DNA from: an uncultured Chloroflexia bacterium
Lineage (GTDB): Bacteria; Chloroflexota; Limnocylindria; QHBO01
Length of the DNA: 64,000 bases
Direction of reading: 5' to 3'
Assembly: GCA_963814375.1 (NCBI GenBank)
Contig: CAWFCQ010000008.1
Coordinates: 352,001 to 416,000, forward strand
Numbering within the stretch: the first letter of the stretch is position 1; every line of letters starts with the position of its first letter. A program made the position numbers and the translations under genes. Positions 1-10,558 of this stretch are shown here, one piece after another. The notes under the pieces were generated by a model. That model ran no database searches. It had not been told where the DNA came from and saw only the letters and a list, made by a program, of their open reading frames with translations.

Positions 1-77
1 AGATCGAGGAGAGGCTCGACTTCGAGGCACCCACGACCTTCGTCACGCCGTCGCGCCGGCGCGCGACGGCGGCCTGA
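1..77 (+). CDS. 3' end of an upstream gene (partial); this position is usually occupied by rsmH
   Basis: Open frame from base 3 reads IEERLDFEAPTTFVTPSRRRATAA to TGA at 75-77. No diagnostic motif, so identity rests on synteny only. Confidence 0.4.
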   Translation, partial: IEERLDFEAPTTFVTPSRRRATAA

Positions 78-92
78 GGCGGACGATCGACG

Positions 93-506
93 ATGGCGGT
101 CAGCGGTGCGCGCCCGGCAACGGGCCCATGGTTCCTCGGCCGGCGGACGCGCCCGCGTCCGCGCCCCAGGCCACGGCCCGCGGCACGCGCCGGTCGGCGC
201 CGCGCCTCACGCATCGCGGCTCCCGCCAACATCCGACCCCAGCTGGTCGCGATCCTCGTGGCGGCCGCACTGGCCGTCTTCTACCTCAGCCAGTCCGGCC
301 ACGTGGCGGCGACCGGCTACCAGATCGATTCGCTCGAGGCCGAGCTGCGCGTGCATCGCACGCTCCGGCAGCAGCTGATCCTCGAGATCGGCGAGGCGCG
401 CTCGCCGGCCGAGATCACACAACGCGCGCGCGCCGTGCTGCACCTCGTCCCGCTCGAGGACGGCGCCGTCACCTTCGCCCCCACACCGGACGCCCGCGCC
501 GATTGA
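93..506 (+). CDS. ftsL: FtsL-like cell division protein
   Basis: Basic N-tail, one TM (LVAILVAAALAVFYL), coiled coil (GYQIDSLEAEL...LILEIGEARSPAEI), directly upstream of ftsI. Confidence 0.75.
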   Translation: MAVSGARPATGPWFLGRRTRPRPRPRPRPAARAGRRRASRIAAPANIRPQLVAILVAAALAVFYLSQSGHVAATGYQIDSLEAELRVHRTLRQQLILEIGEARSPAEITQRARAVLHLVPLEDGAVTFAPTPDARAD

Positions 507-550
507 CCTAGCTTCGCGGCCGATGGCGGCCGCACTCAACGGAGACAGTC

Positions 551-2341
551 ATGCTCGCCAGGACCGACAGTCGTGCCCGCGCACTGGTCCTCCTCCTCGT
601 CGTCGCCCTGTTGGCGACGATGGTCGGCGCCCGGCTGATCTGGTGGCAGGTGGCGCAGCAGAGCTGGCTGACCGAGATGGCCCTCCATCAGCTGGCCCAG
701 GAAGGATCGATCCCCGCCGAGCGTGGCGAGATCACGGACGTCAACGGTGAGCTGCTCGCGACGTCGGTCCAGCTGGAATCGGTGTTCGCCACGCCTCCCA
801 CGGTCGACGACCCGGGCACCGCCGCCACGATCCTGGCGTCGGTGCTCGACATGCCGGCGGCCGAGATCCGCAGCCGCCTCGAGAGCGATCAGCCGTGGGT
901 CTGGCTGAAGCGGCGCGTGGCCCCCGAGGTGTCCGAGCGCATCCGGTCGCTCGACTTGCGCGGGATCGGCATGCTGCCCGAGACGAAGCGGGTGTATCCG
1001 GTCGCCGGGGTCGGATGGGGGACCACGATCGCCTCGCAGCTCATCGGCTTCGTGGACGTCGATGGCATCGGGCAGTACGGGATCGAGGGCGGCGAGAACA
1101 GTCTGCTCGCCGGGACGCCCGGCATGGTGGCGGCGCAGGAGGACGTCGCCGGCCGCAGGATCGCCGACTCGGCGACGCTGCTCCAGGACCCCATCGATGG
1201 CGCCGACGTCCAGCTCACCATCGATGCGGGCGTGCAGTACCTGCTCGAGCAGGAGATCTGGGCGACCTACCGCAAGAATCGGGCAGCCGGAGCGACCGGC
1301 GTGATCATGAACGCGGAGACCGGCGCGATCGTCGCGATGGCGAGCTATCCGGGCTACGACGCCAACCTGTTCGCCACGACGGACGGCGATCTGTTTGCCA
1401 ATCCGGCCGTCGCACGCCAGTACGAGCCCGGATCGGTGATGAAGGCGTTCACGATCGCCTCAGCGCTCGACGCCGGAGCGATCACGACCGCCGATACCTT
1501 CGTTGACGACAACAACCTCCAGCTCGGCGGCATCCGCATCCAGAACGCCGACCGCGCCGATCACCCGTGGGGTCACGGCAGGATCACGCCGGCGCAGGTG
1601 CTCGCGCTCTCCAACAATGTCGGCGCCGCGAAGATCGGGCTCACCCTCGGTGGCGAGGAGCTGTACGAGGCGTTCCTGCGCTTCGGGTTCGGGGCCCCCA
1701 CCGGGATCGAACTGTCGGGGGAGGCATCCGGCAAGGTGTGGGATCCGGCCGGCCCCAATGCCTCAGGCGATCTCACGGCCGCCCAGAACGCCTTCGGTCA
1801 GGGTCTCAGCCTGACCGCGATCCAGCTCGTCGCGGGGTACGCGGCCTTCGCGAACGGTGGCACGTTGGTGACGCCGCACGTCGTAGGGGGATGGAGCGAT
1901 CCCGACGGCACCTACCACGAGGCGCATCAGCCGCCCGGCGAGCGGGTCATCCGCGCCGAAACCGCGGAGACGATGCGCGGCCTGCTGACGAACGCGATCG
2001 ACGAGGGCATTGCCAAGGGCGCACAGGTCCCCGGATACACGGTGGCGGGCAAGACGGGGACGGCGCAGATCGCCGGACCGGTCCGTGTGAAGAACTCGGA
2101 CGGCGAGGTCGTCGAGCGCTGGCAGTACATCAACGGCTGGGTCGACTCGAGCTTCGTCGGATTCCTGCCCGAAAGCGACCAGAAGCTCGTGGCGCTGATC
2201 CTCATCCACCGTCCGGCGGGAGGCGGCGGCCGCTACATGCCGGACCGCCCGGAGACCGTCTTTGCGCGGCTCATGCCGCAGGTGCTCGACTATCTCGCGG
2301 TCCCTCCGGACCGCCCGCTCGAACCGGTGGCGCAACCGTGA
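551..2341 (+). CDS. ftsI: Class B penicillin-binding protein (FtsI/PBP3 type)
   Basis: N-terminal TM, RGEITD dimerisation motif, YEPGSVMK (SxxK), SNN (SxN), GKTGTAQ; SD GGAGA. Confidence 0.93.
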   Translation: MLARTDSRARALVLLLVVALLATMVGARLIWWQVAQQSWLTEMALHQLAQEGSIPAERGEITDVNGELLATSVQLESVFATPPTVDDPGTAATILASVLDMPAAEIRSRLESDQPWVWLKRRVAPEVSERIRSLDLRGIGMLPETKRVYPVAGVGWGTTIASQLIGFVDVDGIGQYGIEGGENSLLAGTPGMVAAQEDVAGRRIADSATLLQDPIDGADVQLTIDAGVQYLLEQEIWATYRKNRAAGATGVIMNAETGAIVAMASYPGYDANLFATTDGDLFANPAVARQYEPGSVMKAFTIASALDAGAITTADTFVDDNNLQLGGIRIQNADRADHPWGHGRITPAQVLALSNNVGAAKIGLTLGGEELYEAFLRFGFGAPTGIELSGEASGKVWDPAGPNASGDLTAAQNAFGQGLSLTAIQLVAGYAAFANGGTLVTPHVVGGWSDPDGTYHEAHQPPGERVIRAETAETMRGLLTNAIDEGIAKGAQVPGYTVAGKTGTAQIAGPVRVKNSDGEVVERWQYINGWVDSSFVGFLPESDQKLVALILIHRPAGGGGRYMPDRPETVFARLMPQVLDYLAVPPDRPLEPVAQP

Positions 2342-3781
2342 GACTGCTAGACTCGCCGCGCGTTCGCACCGCGATCGGAGAGGCTTCCACGATCCGCCTT
2401 GACGACCTGGTTGCCGCCACCGGCGGCCGCCTCATCGGTAGGGACTCCGCCGTCGAGATCGCCGGCGCTTCGGTCGACTCCCGTCGTATCACCCCCGGAT
2501 CCATCTTCGTCGCCCTGCGTGGCGAGCGCGCCGATGGGCACACCCACGTGGCCGATGCGCTGCGGGCCGGCGCCGTCGCCGCGCTCGTCGAACGGCCCGT
2601 CGACCTCCCGTCCGACATCGACGCTCCGCAGGTCGTGGTCCCCGATGCGCTCGACGCCCTCCAGGAGCTCGCCGCCTGGTGGCGATCGCGCCACGGCGTG
2701 CGGGTGGTCGGCATCACGGGCTCGACCGGCAAGACGATCGCGAAGGAGATCGTCGCCGATGTGCTGTCGCGCGGGGGTCTCGTCACCCTTCGCAACGCGG
2801 GCAACCTCAACTCGGAGACCGGTCTGCCGATGACCCTGCTCCGGCTCGGCGCCGAGCACGAGGCGGCGGTCCTCGAGATGAGCATGTACACCGTCGGCGA
2901 GATCGCGCGGCTGGCCGAGATCGCCGACCCCGAGATCGGTGTCGTGCTGGCCGTTCACCCGGCTCACCTGGAGCGCGCCGGGAGCATCGAGCGCATCGCC
3001 GAGGCGAAGTCCGAGCTGCCCGCCGCGCTGCCCGCGGACGGCCTGGCGGTGCTCAATGCCGACGACCCGCGCGTGGTGGCCATGGCCGGGATCACCAGGG
3101 CCGAGGTGCGCACATTCGGCCTCGGGCGCTGCCGCCGACGTGAGGGCGGACCAGATCGTCGGGCACGGCCTGGCCGGCACCGAGTTCACGCTTCACGCTG
3201 CCTGGGGCAGCCGCCGCATGATGAGCGCCACCCCGGGCCGGCACCTGGTCCCACATGCCCTCGCCGCCGCTGCCGTGGCGGAGCGGATGGGCGTCGCGCT
3301 CGACGACGTCGCCGAAGCGCTGCGCGCCGGGAGCCGCGCCGAGCACCGGATGAGCGTCGTGGAATCTGCATCCGGTGCGACGCTCGTGGACGATACCTAC
3401 AACGCCTCGCCGGTGAGCACCGGAGCCGCGCTCGCTTTCCTGGCCGAGACGCCGGTGGCGGCGGGTCGCCGACGCATCGCGGTGCTCGGCGACATGCTCG
3501 AGCTCGGACCCGATGAGGAGCGCCTCCACCGCCAGATCGGTGAGCAGGCGGCGCGCATTGCCGACGGGATCGTGACGGTCGGCGCGCGAGGCCGCTGGAT
3601 GGCGGAGGCCGCCAGGGCGGCCGGCGCGAGCCGGGTCGCCGTCGCCGACGACGCTGAGACGGCCGCCGAGATCCTGGAGCGCGAGCTCGCTCCGACGGTC
3701 GGCGACCTCGTCCTGCTCAAGGCGTCGCGCGGCATCGGCCTCGACCGCACCGTCGAGCTCCTGACGGGAGGCGCGGCATGA
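2338..3781 (+). CDS. murF: UDP-MurNAc-tripeptide--D-Ala-D-Ala ligase, one apparent frameshift near 3125
   Basis: GTG 2338 overlaps the ftsI stop. VDSR, GITGSTGKT and GNLNSETG in the first frame; DDTYNASP, VLGDMLELG and LKASRG in the second. Removing one base restores a 480-aa frame. Confidence 0.92.
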
Positions 3782-4764
3782 CGCTCGTCGACATCGCGGT
3801 CGCGGTCCTGCTCGCCTTCGTCGGAATGGTGCTGCTGGCGCCGATCTACATCAACCTCCTGCAGCGGCTCGGCTACGGCAAGCAGATCCGGATCGACGGT
3901 CCCGAGGCCCACTACGGCAAGGCCGGCACGCCGACGATGGGCGGCATGCTGGTCGTGAGCGTCGTGCTGTTCCTGGCCATGGCGCTGCGAATCGAGGACG
4001 CGGCGACATTGACGCCGATGCTGACCCTCATGGGGGTCGGGATCCTCGGCGCGGTCGACGACTTCGTCAACGTTCGGACCGGGTTCGGCATGCGCGGCCG
4101 ATGGAAGCTCGTCTGGCAGACGGCGGTCGCGATCCTCGCGGGTTTCTACATCTGGAGCCACTTCAACCTGACCGGCATCAACATCCCGTTCCTCGGCCAG
4201 TTCGAGGTCGCGCCACTGCTCCTCATCGGCTTCATCGCCTTCGTCATCGTCGGAACGAGCAACGCCGTGAACCTGACCGATGGGTTGGACGGGCTCGCCG
4301 GCGGCGTCCTCATCTTCAGCTTCGTCGCCTACCTCCTTATCAGCCTCGTCCCGGTCGCCGGCGTGAAGATTGCCCAGCCCAACCTCGCCGTCTTCTGCGC
4401 GCTGATCATCGGTGCGCTGATGGGGTTCCTCTGGTTCAACGTGCACCCCGCGCAGATCTTCATGGGCGACTCCGGCGCGCTGAGCCTGGGCGCGACGCTC
4501 GCGGTCGTGGCCACCGTCAACGGCCAGCTGCCGCTGCTGGCGGTCGTGGGAATCGTCTTCTTCGCCGTGATCATGAGCGTGGTGCTCCAGGTGCTCAGCT
4601 ACCGGCTCTGCGGGCGGCGGATCTTCCGCATTGCGCCACTCCACCACCACTTCGAGCTCCTCGGCTGGGCGGAGGAGAAGATCACGCTCCGCTTCTGGAT
4701 CGTGGCGGCCCTGGGAGGGCTGCTCGGGTTCAGCATCTTCCTCGCAAGCGTGCAGGCGCTCTAG
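3778..4764 (+). CDS. mraY: Phospho-N-acetylmuramoyl-pentapeptide transferase
   Basis: KAGTPTMGG, NAVNLTDGLDGLA, FMGDSG, APLHHHFEL. Confidence 0.97.
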   Translation: MTLVDIAVAVLLAFVGMVLLAPIYINLLQRLGYGKQIRIDGPEAHYGKAGTPTMGGMLVVSVVLFLAMALRIEDAATLTPMLTLMGVGILGAVDDFVNVRTGFGMRGRWKLVWQTAVAILAGFYIWSHFNLTGINIPFLGQFEVAPLLLIGFIAFVIVGTSNAVNLTDGLDGLAGGVLIFSFVAYLLISLVPVAGVKIAQPNLAVFCALIIGALMGFLWFNVHPAQIFMGDSGALSLGATLAVVATVNGQLPLLAVVGIVFFAVIMSVVLQVLSYRLCGRRIFRIAPLHHHFELLGWAEEKITLRFWIVAALGGLLGFSIFLASVQAL

Positions 4765-4772
4765 GTGGACCG

Positions 4773-6200
4773 ATGATGGCGGCACCGATCCAGCCACCGG
4801 TCCGGACCCGCGACGACCTGCGCGGCCGCCGCGTCGTCGTCCTGGGGCTGGCCCGATCCGGTGTGGCCGCGGCTCGCTTCCTGGCCGATGCCGGCGCCGT
4901 CGTCGCGGCCTACGACCGGCGGCCGGCAGCGGAGCTGGCCGAGGCCGTCGCGGCCCTCGGCGCGCGCCCGGTACGGCTCGCCCTCGGCGTCGCGTCCGAG
5001 GAAGCGGTCGCCCTGTTCGAGCACGCCGACGTACTGGTCACGAGCCCGTCAGTCTCGGCCCGCTTCCCGACCACCGATCCGTGGCTGCGCGACGCGCTGC
5101 GCGAGGCGGAGGAGCGAGGCGTGGAGGTCGTCAGCGAGGTCGGCCTCTTCCTGCGGCTGACCCAGGCGCGGGTCGCCGCGGTGACCGGGACGAAGGGCAA
5201 GACCACCACCGCCTCCATGCTCTCCGCCATGCTCGAGGCGGGTGGCGTATCGCACCTGCTGGGCGGCAACATCGGGACCCCGCTGATCGAGCGCGCCGAC
5301 GAGCTCGGCCCCGACGACTGGGCCGTGCTCGAGCTCTCCGAGCTCCAGCTGCCGACCATCGACCGCGGCGCCGACATCGCGCTGTACACGAACATCGGCG
5401 AGGACCACCTCGACCGTCATGGCACCGTCGAGTCCTACCGGGCGGTCAAGGCGATCCTCGCCGATCTGACCGCGCCGAGCGGCCGCGTCGTCCTCAACTT
5501 CGACGATCCTGGCTGTCGTGAGCTCGGCGATCGGCTGCCCCCCGTCAGCGTGGCGTGGTATGGCGCGGCCGAGCCGGGTCGCGGACGGGTCGAGGCGTGG
5601 GTCGCGGAGGACGGCTGGCTCGTCGTTGCGGGCGAGCGGCTGCTGCCGGCCACCGACGTGCCGCTGCCCGGATGGCACATGCGCGCCAACGTCATCGGCG
5701 CGGCGCTGGCAGCCAACCTCGTTGGCGTCGCCTCGTCGGCGATCGCGGACGCGATTCGGGGCTTCTCCGGCGTGCCGCATCGGCTCGAGACGATCGGTGA
5801 GCGCGAGGCGGTGCGCTGGGTGAACGACTCCCAGGCCACGGTGCCGGCAGCGGCGATCGCCGGACTCGAGGCCTTCGACGCCCCGGTCGTCGTCATCGCC
5901 GGCGGCAAGGACAAGGGGGTGGCGTACGAGGCCTTCGCCGATGCGATCGCGGCCCATGGCCGCGCCGCCATCCTGATCGGCGAGACGGCGGACGAGCTCG
6001 CGGCGCTCATCGGCGAGCGCGTGCCGGTGAGCCGCGCCGGCTCGATGGAGGAAGCGGTCGACATCGCGTCGCGCGTCGCCGAGGCCGGCGACGTGGTGCT
6101 GCTCGCCCCGGCGGCGGCCAGCTTCGACATGTTCGTCGACTACGCGGCGCGCGGCGATGCGTTCCGGGCCGCCTTCGACCGTCTCGGCGAAGCGTCATGA
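4773..6200 (+). CDS. murD: UDP-MurNAc-L-Ala--D-glutamate ligase
   Basis: GLARSG, VTGTKGKTTT, GGNIG, DHLDRH, NDSQAT, PAAASFDMF; start taken at ATG 4773 or 4776. Confidence 0.95.
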   Translation: MMAAPIQPPVRTRDDLRGRRVVVLGLARSGVAAARFLADAGAVVAAYDRRPAAELAEAVAALGARPVRLALGVASEEAVALFEHADVLVTSPSVSARFPTTDPWLRDALREAEERGVEVVSEVGLFLRLTQARVAAVTGTKGKTTTASMLSAMLEAGGVSHLLGGNIGTPLIERADELGPDDWAVLELSELQLPTIDRGADIALYTNIGEDHLDRHGTVESYRAVKAILADLTAPSGRVVLNFDDPGCRELGDRLPPVSVAWYGAAEPGRGRVEAWVAEDGWLVVAGERLLPATDVPLPGWHMRANVIGAALAANLVGVASSAIADAIRGFSGVPHRLETIGEREAVRWVNDSQATVPAAAIAGLEAFDAPVVVIAGGKDKGVAYEAFADAIAAHGRAAILIGETADELAALIGERVPVSRAGSMEEAVDIASRVAEAGDVVLLAPAAASFDMFVDYAARGDAFRAAFDRLGEAS

Positions 6201-7474
6201 CCGCGATCGCGACACCGGCGACCTCCACCCGCCGCTCTTCCCGGAGCGCCGCGCGGGGCGGCGTGCGACGGGAACGCCACGAGCCGGCGTATGCGCTGCT
6301 CCTGGCGGTCATGGCGCTCACCGCCATCGGCATCGTGATGGTCTTCTCGGCGTCGAGCGTGCGCTCCTACTTCAACGGCGGCGACCCGGCGGCGCAGGGG
6401 ATCGAGCAGCTGATCTGGGCCACGCTCGGCCTCGGCGGCCTGCTGGTGGCGATGCGCATCGACTTCCGCCACCTGCGATACCTGGCCATCCCGATCTTCG
6501 TCATCACGCTCGTGCTGCTGGCCGTGGTTCTCATCCCGTCCATCGGCTACGAGGCCAACGGCTCGCGGCGCTGGCTCGTCATCCCCGGCATCGGCACCCT
6601 TCAGCCCGCCGAGTTCGCGAAGCTGGCGGTCGTCCTCTACTTGGCGCACTGGCTCGACCGGCGCGGGAAGTCGGCGCGGAGCTTCTGGAACGGCCTCGTC
6701 CCGTTCACGTTGCTCGTGGCGCCCGGCTTCCTCCTCATCGCCGCCGAGCCGGATCTCGGGACGGCCGGCGTATACGCGGCGATCGCCGGGAGCATCTTCT
6801 TCATGGCCGGCGCCAACCTGCTGTACCTCGGCGTCATCGGCGCCGGCGTGCTCGGGGCGGCGTGGATCATGGTGACCACCACGAGCTATCAGCTGGCGCG
6901 GGTGCAGGGCTTCCTCGATCCGTTCTCCGACCCGCTGCGATCGGGCTACAACGCCGCCCAGGCTCTGCTGGCACTCGGCCTCGGGGGTCTCACCGGGCTC
7001 GGCCTCGGCGAGAGCCGTCAGAAGTTCCTCTACCTGCCGGCTCCCTCGACGGACTTCATCTTCGCGATCATCGGCGAGGAGTGGGGGCTGGTCGGCACGC
7101 TCACGGTGGTGGCGCTCTTCGTGGTGATCGCCTACCAGGGCTACCGCATCGCCATCCACGCCCCGGACACGTTCTCGGGCCTCGTGGCGTGCGGCATCAC
7201 GACGTGGCTCCTGGCCCAGGCCCTCATCAACATGATGGTCGTCACGGCGCTCCTGCCGGTGACGGGCATCCCCCTTCCCTTCATCAGCGCCGGCGGCTCG
7301 GCACTGACGATCAACCTCGCGGCGATCGGGATTCTGCTCTCGATCAGCCGCGAGACCAGCCAGACAGGATCATTGCGCGATGCGGTATTCGGTGTCGGGC
7401 GGCGGGACCGGCGGGCACATCTACCCCGCGCTGGCCGTCGCGCGAGCCCTTCGCGACGCACGTCGCGACGTTGA
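6197..7474 (+). CDS. ftsW: SEDS peptidoglycan polymerase FtsW
   Basis: NGSRRW, QPAEFAK, EPDLGT, TDFIFAIIGEEWG, TGIPLPFISAGGS. Confidence 0.95.
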   Translation: MTAIATPATSTRRSSRSAARGGVRRERHEPAYALLLAVMALTAIGIVMVFSASSVRSYFNGGDPAAQGIEQLIWATLGLGGLLVAMRIDFRHLRYLAIPIFVITLVLLAVVLIPSIGYEANGSRRWLVIPGIGTLQPAEFAKLAVVLYLAHWLDRRGKSARSFWNGLVPFTLLVAPGFLLIAAEPDLGTAGVYAAIAGSIFFMAGANLLYLGVIGAGVLGAAWIMVTTTSYQLARVQGFLDPFSDPLRSGYNAAQALLALGLGGLTGLGLGESRQKFLYLPAPSTDFIFAIIGEEWGLVGTLTVVALFVVIAYQGYRIAIHAPDTFSGLVACGITTWLLAQALINMMVVTALLPVTGIPLPFISAGGSALTINLAAIGILLSISRETSQTGSLRDAVFGVGRRDRRAHLPRAGRRASPSRRTSRR

Positions 7475-8510
7475 GCTCGACTACATCGGCGGTGTCCGCG
7501 GCTTCGAGCGCAGGCTCGTGGCCGGCCACCCGATGCGCGGGGAGATGGAGTACCACGAGCTCGTGGTGCGCTCCCTTCGCTCGGCCGGTCTCTCGTATCA
7601 CACTGTGCTCGACCCGGTTCGGCTCGCGGCATCGATGCCCCAGGCATGGTGGCTGCTCGGGCGCCTGCGACCCGCGGCACTCTTCACCACCGGCGGGTAT
7701 CTCGCCCTGCCGCTCGTCCTCGCGGCGCGGGCTCGCGGCATCCCGACACTGGTCTGGGAGGGCAACGTGCTGCCCGGCCGAGCCACCCGTGCCATCGGGC
7801 GCTTCGCGACGCGCGTGGCCGTCAGCTTTCCTCCCACGCTCGAGGCCTTCCCCGGCAACGGCTTCGTCTCCGGCACGCCGATCCGCTCGTTCGAGGGCAT
7901 CGACCGCGAGGCGGCGCGCCGCTCGTTGGGCGTGGCGCCCGAGGAGCGCCTCCTCCTCGTCTTCGGCGGGTCACAGGCCGTGACCCGGCTCAACACCGCC
8001 ACCTTCGCGGCCCTGCCCGAGCTGCTCGCGGACTGGCGCGTCCTGCACCTCACCGGCGAGTCGGGTGTGGCCGATGCCGGCGCCGCGCGAGAGGCCCTGC
8101 CCGAGCCGATGCGCCAGCGCTACACCTCGGAGCCGTTCCTGGCCGATCGGATGGCGGACGCCCTCGTGGCCGCCGATGCCGTGCTCGGTCGCGCCGGTTC
8201 CTCCACCTGCGCCGAGGTCGCCGCGGTCGGCGTGGCCTCGATCCTCGTGCCGTATCCGTACGCCGGCGCCCACCAGCGCTACAACGCGTCGTACCTCGCG
8301 GACGAGGGCGCGGCCGTCAGCATCCCCGACGACGAGCTCGACGGTGAGCGGCTCATCCGGGAGGCCGCCGCCCTGCGCGACGACAAGCGACGCACGGCAA
8401 TGGGAGCGGCCGCCCGCAAGCTCGGTCGCCCCGATGCGGCGGAAAGCCTGGCAGCGGCGCTGATGGCGTTGGCCGAAGGCGGCGCTGCGCCGTCGGAGAC
8501 ATCGTCATGA
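7380..8510 (+). CDS. murG: Lipid II GlcNAc transferase MurG
   Basis: GGGTGGHIYPALA, TGGY, FGGSQA, RAGSST, HQRYNA. Confidence 0.96.
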   Translation: MRYSVSGGGTGGHIYPALAVARALRDARRDVELDYIGGVRGFERRLVAGHPMRGEMEYHELVVRSLRSAGLSYHTVLDPVRLAASMPQAWWLLGRLRPAALFTTGGYLALPLVLAARARGIPTLVWEGNVLPGRATRAIGRFATRVAVSFPPTLEAFPGNGFVSGTPIRSFEGIDREAARRSLGVAPEERLLLVFGGSQAVTRLNTATFAALPELLADWRVLHLTGESGVADAGAAREALPEPMRQRYTSEPFLADRMADALVAADAVLGRAGSSTCAEVAAVGVASILVPYPYAGAHQRYNASYLADEGAAVSIPDDELDGERLIREAAALRDDKRRTAMGAAARKLGRPDAAESLAAALMALAEGGAAPSETSS

Positions 8511-9449
8511 ACGCGGTCGTGGCCGATGCTCTCGTCAGGCTTGATGAGCTCGCAGCGGCCGACGGTCTCGAGCTTGCGATCGACGCACCCCTCGCGCCGC
8601 TCACCACGCTCCGCGTCGGCGGGCCGGCCGACCGCATGGCGACACCAAAGACGACCGACGAGCTCGTCAGCCTCCTCCGGGCCGCGGCCGCGGCGGAGCT
8701 CCCGGTGTTCATCCTGGGCAAGGGCAGCGACCTCGTGGTCGCCGACGCCGGCATTCGTGGCCTCGTCATCCGCGTGCGCGCCGATGCGGTCCACGTCGAA
8801 GGAACCGTGCTGCGGGCCGAGGCAGGCGCATCGATGACCGGGCTGGCGAAGTCCTGCGCCCGAACCGGGATGGCCGGCTTCGACTGGGCGATCAGCATCC
8901 CCGGCTCGTTCGGCGGGGCGATCTGGGCCAATGCCGGCGCGCACGCAGGCGAGATGGCCGACGTGCTGCGAGAGGTCGAGGTGGTCGATCGGCGCGGCGC
9001 TTCGCGGCGCGTCGTTCCGGCCGCCGAATGCGGCTTCGCCTATCGCGAGTCGCGTTTCAAGCACACCGACGACGTGATCCTCGGCGGCGTGCTGGACCTG
9101 CGGGGTCGGTGACCCGGGCGCCATCAGCGCACTGGTCGATGCACACCAGGCGCAGCGCGCCGCGACGCAGCCACTGGCCGACCAGAATGCCGGCAGCGTC
9201 TTCCGCAACCCGGAGGGCGACCATGCCGGGCGCCTCATCGAGGCGGCAGGCCTGAAGGGCCATCGCATCGGCACCGCCCAGGTCAGCACTCTCCACGCGA
9301 ACTTCATCGTCACCGATCGAGGGCGGGGTCGCGCCAGCGACGTCCGTGCCCTTGGCGACCACGTGCGCGCCACCGTCGCCGATCGCTTCGGGATCGAGCT
9401 CCGCTACGAGATCGAGTTCGTGGGCGACTGGCCCGGGCTGCCGCAGTGA
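8507..9449 (+). CDS. murB: UDP-N-acetylmuramate dehydrogenase, apparent frameshift near 9103
   Basis: TTLRVGGPA, IPGSFGGAIWANAGA, FAYRES. After removing one G the frame continues TQPLADQNAGSVFRNP...HANFIV...LRYEIEFVG to TGA 9447-9449. Confidence 0.92.
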
Positions 9450-10558
9450 GCGATCGGCTGCGGGTCGGGGTCTTCGCCGGTGGACGGTCGGCCGAGCACG
9501 AGGTGAGCGTTGCGTCGGCCGAGTCCGTGCTGCGGCACATCGACCGCGACCGCTATGAGCCGTACCTGGTGTACATCGACCGCGAAGGGCGCTGGATGCT
9601 GCCCGAGGGCCCGGCGCCGGCTCTGGAGGATGGGCAGTCGCTCGCGGGCCTCATCGGGGCCGCCAGCCCTGCCGAGGAGGTGGCGCGGCTGCGGTCGCAC
9701 GAGGAGCACAGCCTGCCCGCTCCGACGGGGGAGAGGTCGTTGGCGGCGCGATCTGCGGTGCGTTCGCTGGCCGAGGCGATCGACGTGGCCTTTCTCGTCG
9801 TCCACGGTCCCTTCGGCGAGGATGGCACGCTCCAGGGCTTCCTCGAGCTGGCAGGCATCCCGTACACCGGGGCCGGGGTGCTGGCGAGCGCGGTGGCGAT
9901 GGACAAGATCGTCTTCAAGGACCTCATGCGCGGCCACGGGCTGCCGGTCGTCGACTACGAGTGGTTCCGGCGCGGCACGTGGCAGCGGGAGCCGGACCGC
10001 GTGCTGCGCAACATCGGCGAGCGCATCGGCTCCGTGGCGGTCGTCAAGCCGGCGCGGCTCGGCAGCAGCGTCGGGATGTCGCTGGCCCACTCGGCCGACG
10101 AGCTGCCCGCGGCGCTCGACGAGGCGTTCCGCTACGACAGCAAGGCCATCGTCGAGGCCTATGTCGCCGGGGCCCGCGAGCTCGAATGCGGCATCCTCGG
10201 CACCGATGACCCGATCGTCTTCGAGCCCGGGGAGGTGCGGTCGAGCCACGAGCTGTACGACTACGAGGCCAAGTACGTCGCCGGCCTCGCCAGCGTCGAG
10301 CCGCGCGCCGACATCGACCCCGGGCTGGCGGCTCGACTCAAGGAGCTGGCCCTCGCCTCGTACCGGGCCGTCGACGGCGCCGGGTTGGCGCGCCTCGACT
10401 TCCTGGTCGCCGGTGACGAGGTCTACATCAGCGAGATGAACACGCTGCCGGGATTCACACAGACCAGCATGTACCCCAAGCAGGCCGAGCTTGCCGGGCT
10501 GTCGTTCGACCAGCTCATCGCGCGCCTCATCGAGCTCGCCTTGGAACGCGACCGATGA
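9446..10558 (+). CDS. ddl: D-alanine--D-alanine ligase
   Basis: GGRSAEHEVS, HGPFGEDGTLQG, GSSVG, YDYEAKY, EMNTLPGFT. Confidence 0.96.
   Translation: MSDRLRVGVFAGGRSAEHEVSVASAESVLRHIDRDRYEPYLVYIDREGRWMLPEGPAPALEDGQSLAGLIGAASPAEEVARLRSHEEHSLPAPTGERSLAARSAVRSLAEAIDVAFLVVHGPFGEDGTLQGFLELAGIPYTGAGVLASAVAMDKIVFKDLMRGHGLPVVDYEWFRRGTWQREPDRVLRNIGERIGSVAVVKPARLGSSVGMSLAHSADELPAALDEAFRYDSKAIVEAYVAGARELECGILGTDDPIVFEPGEVRSSHELYDYEAKYVAGLASVEPRADIDPGLAARLKELALASYRAVDGAGLARLDFLVAGDEVYISEMNTLPGFTQTSMYPKQAELAGLSFDQLIARLIELALERDR

Noticed and set aside
1567-3516. Long ORF-track entries that look like fusions (1567-3516, 4101-6200, 34755-36491, 51349-53154, 60715-62271)
   Set aside because: Stop-poor shadow frames in high-GC DNA extending real genes upstream; the true starts are internal
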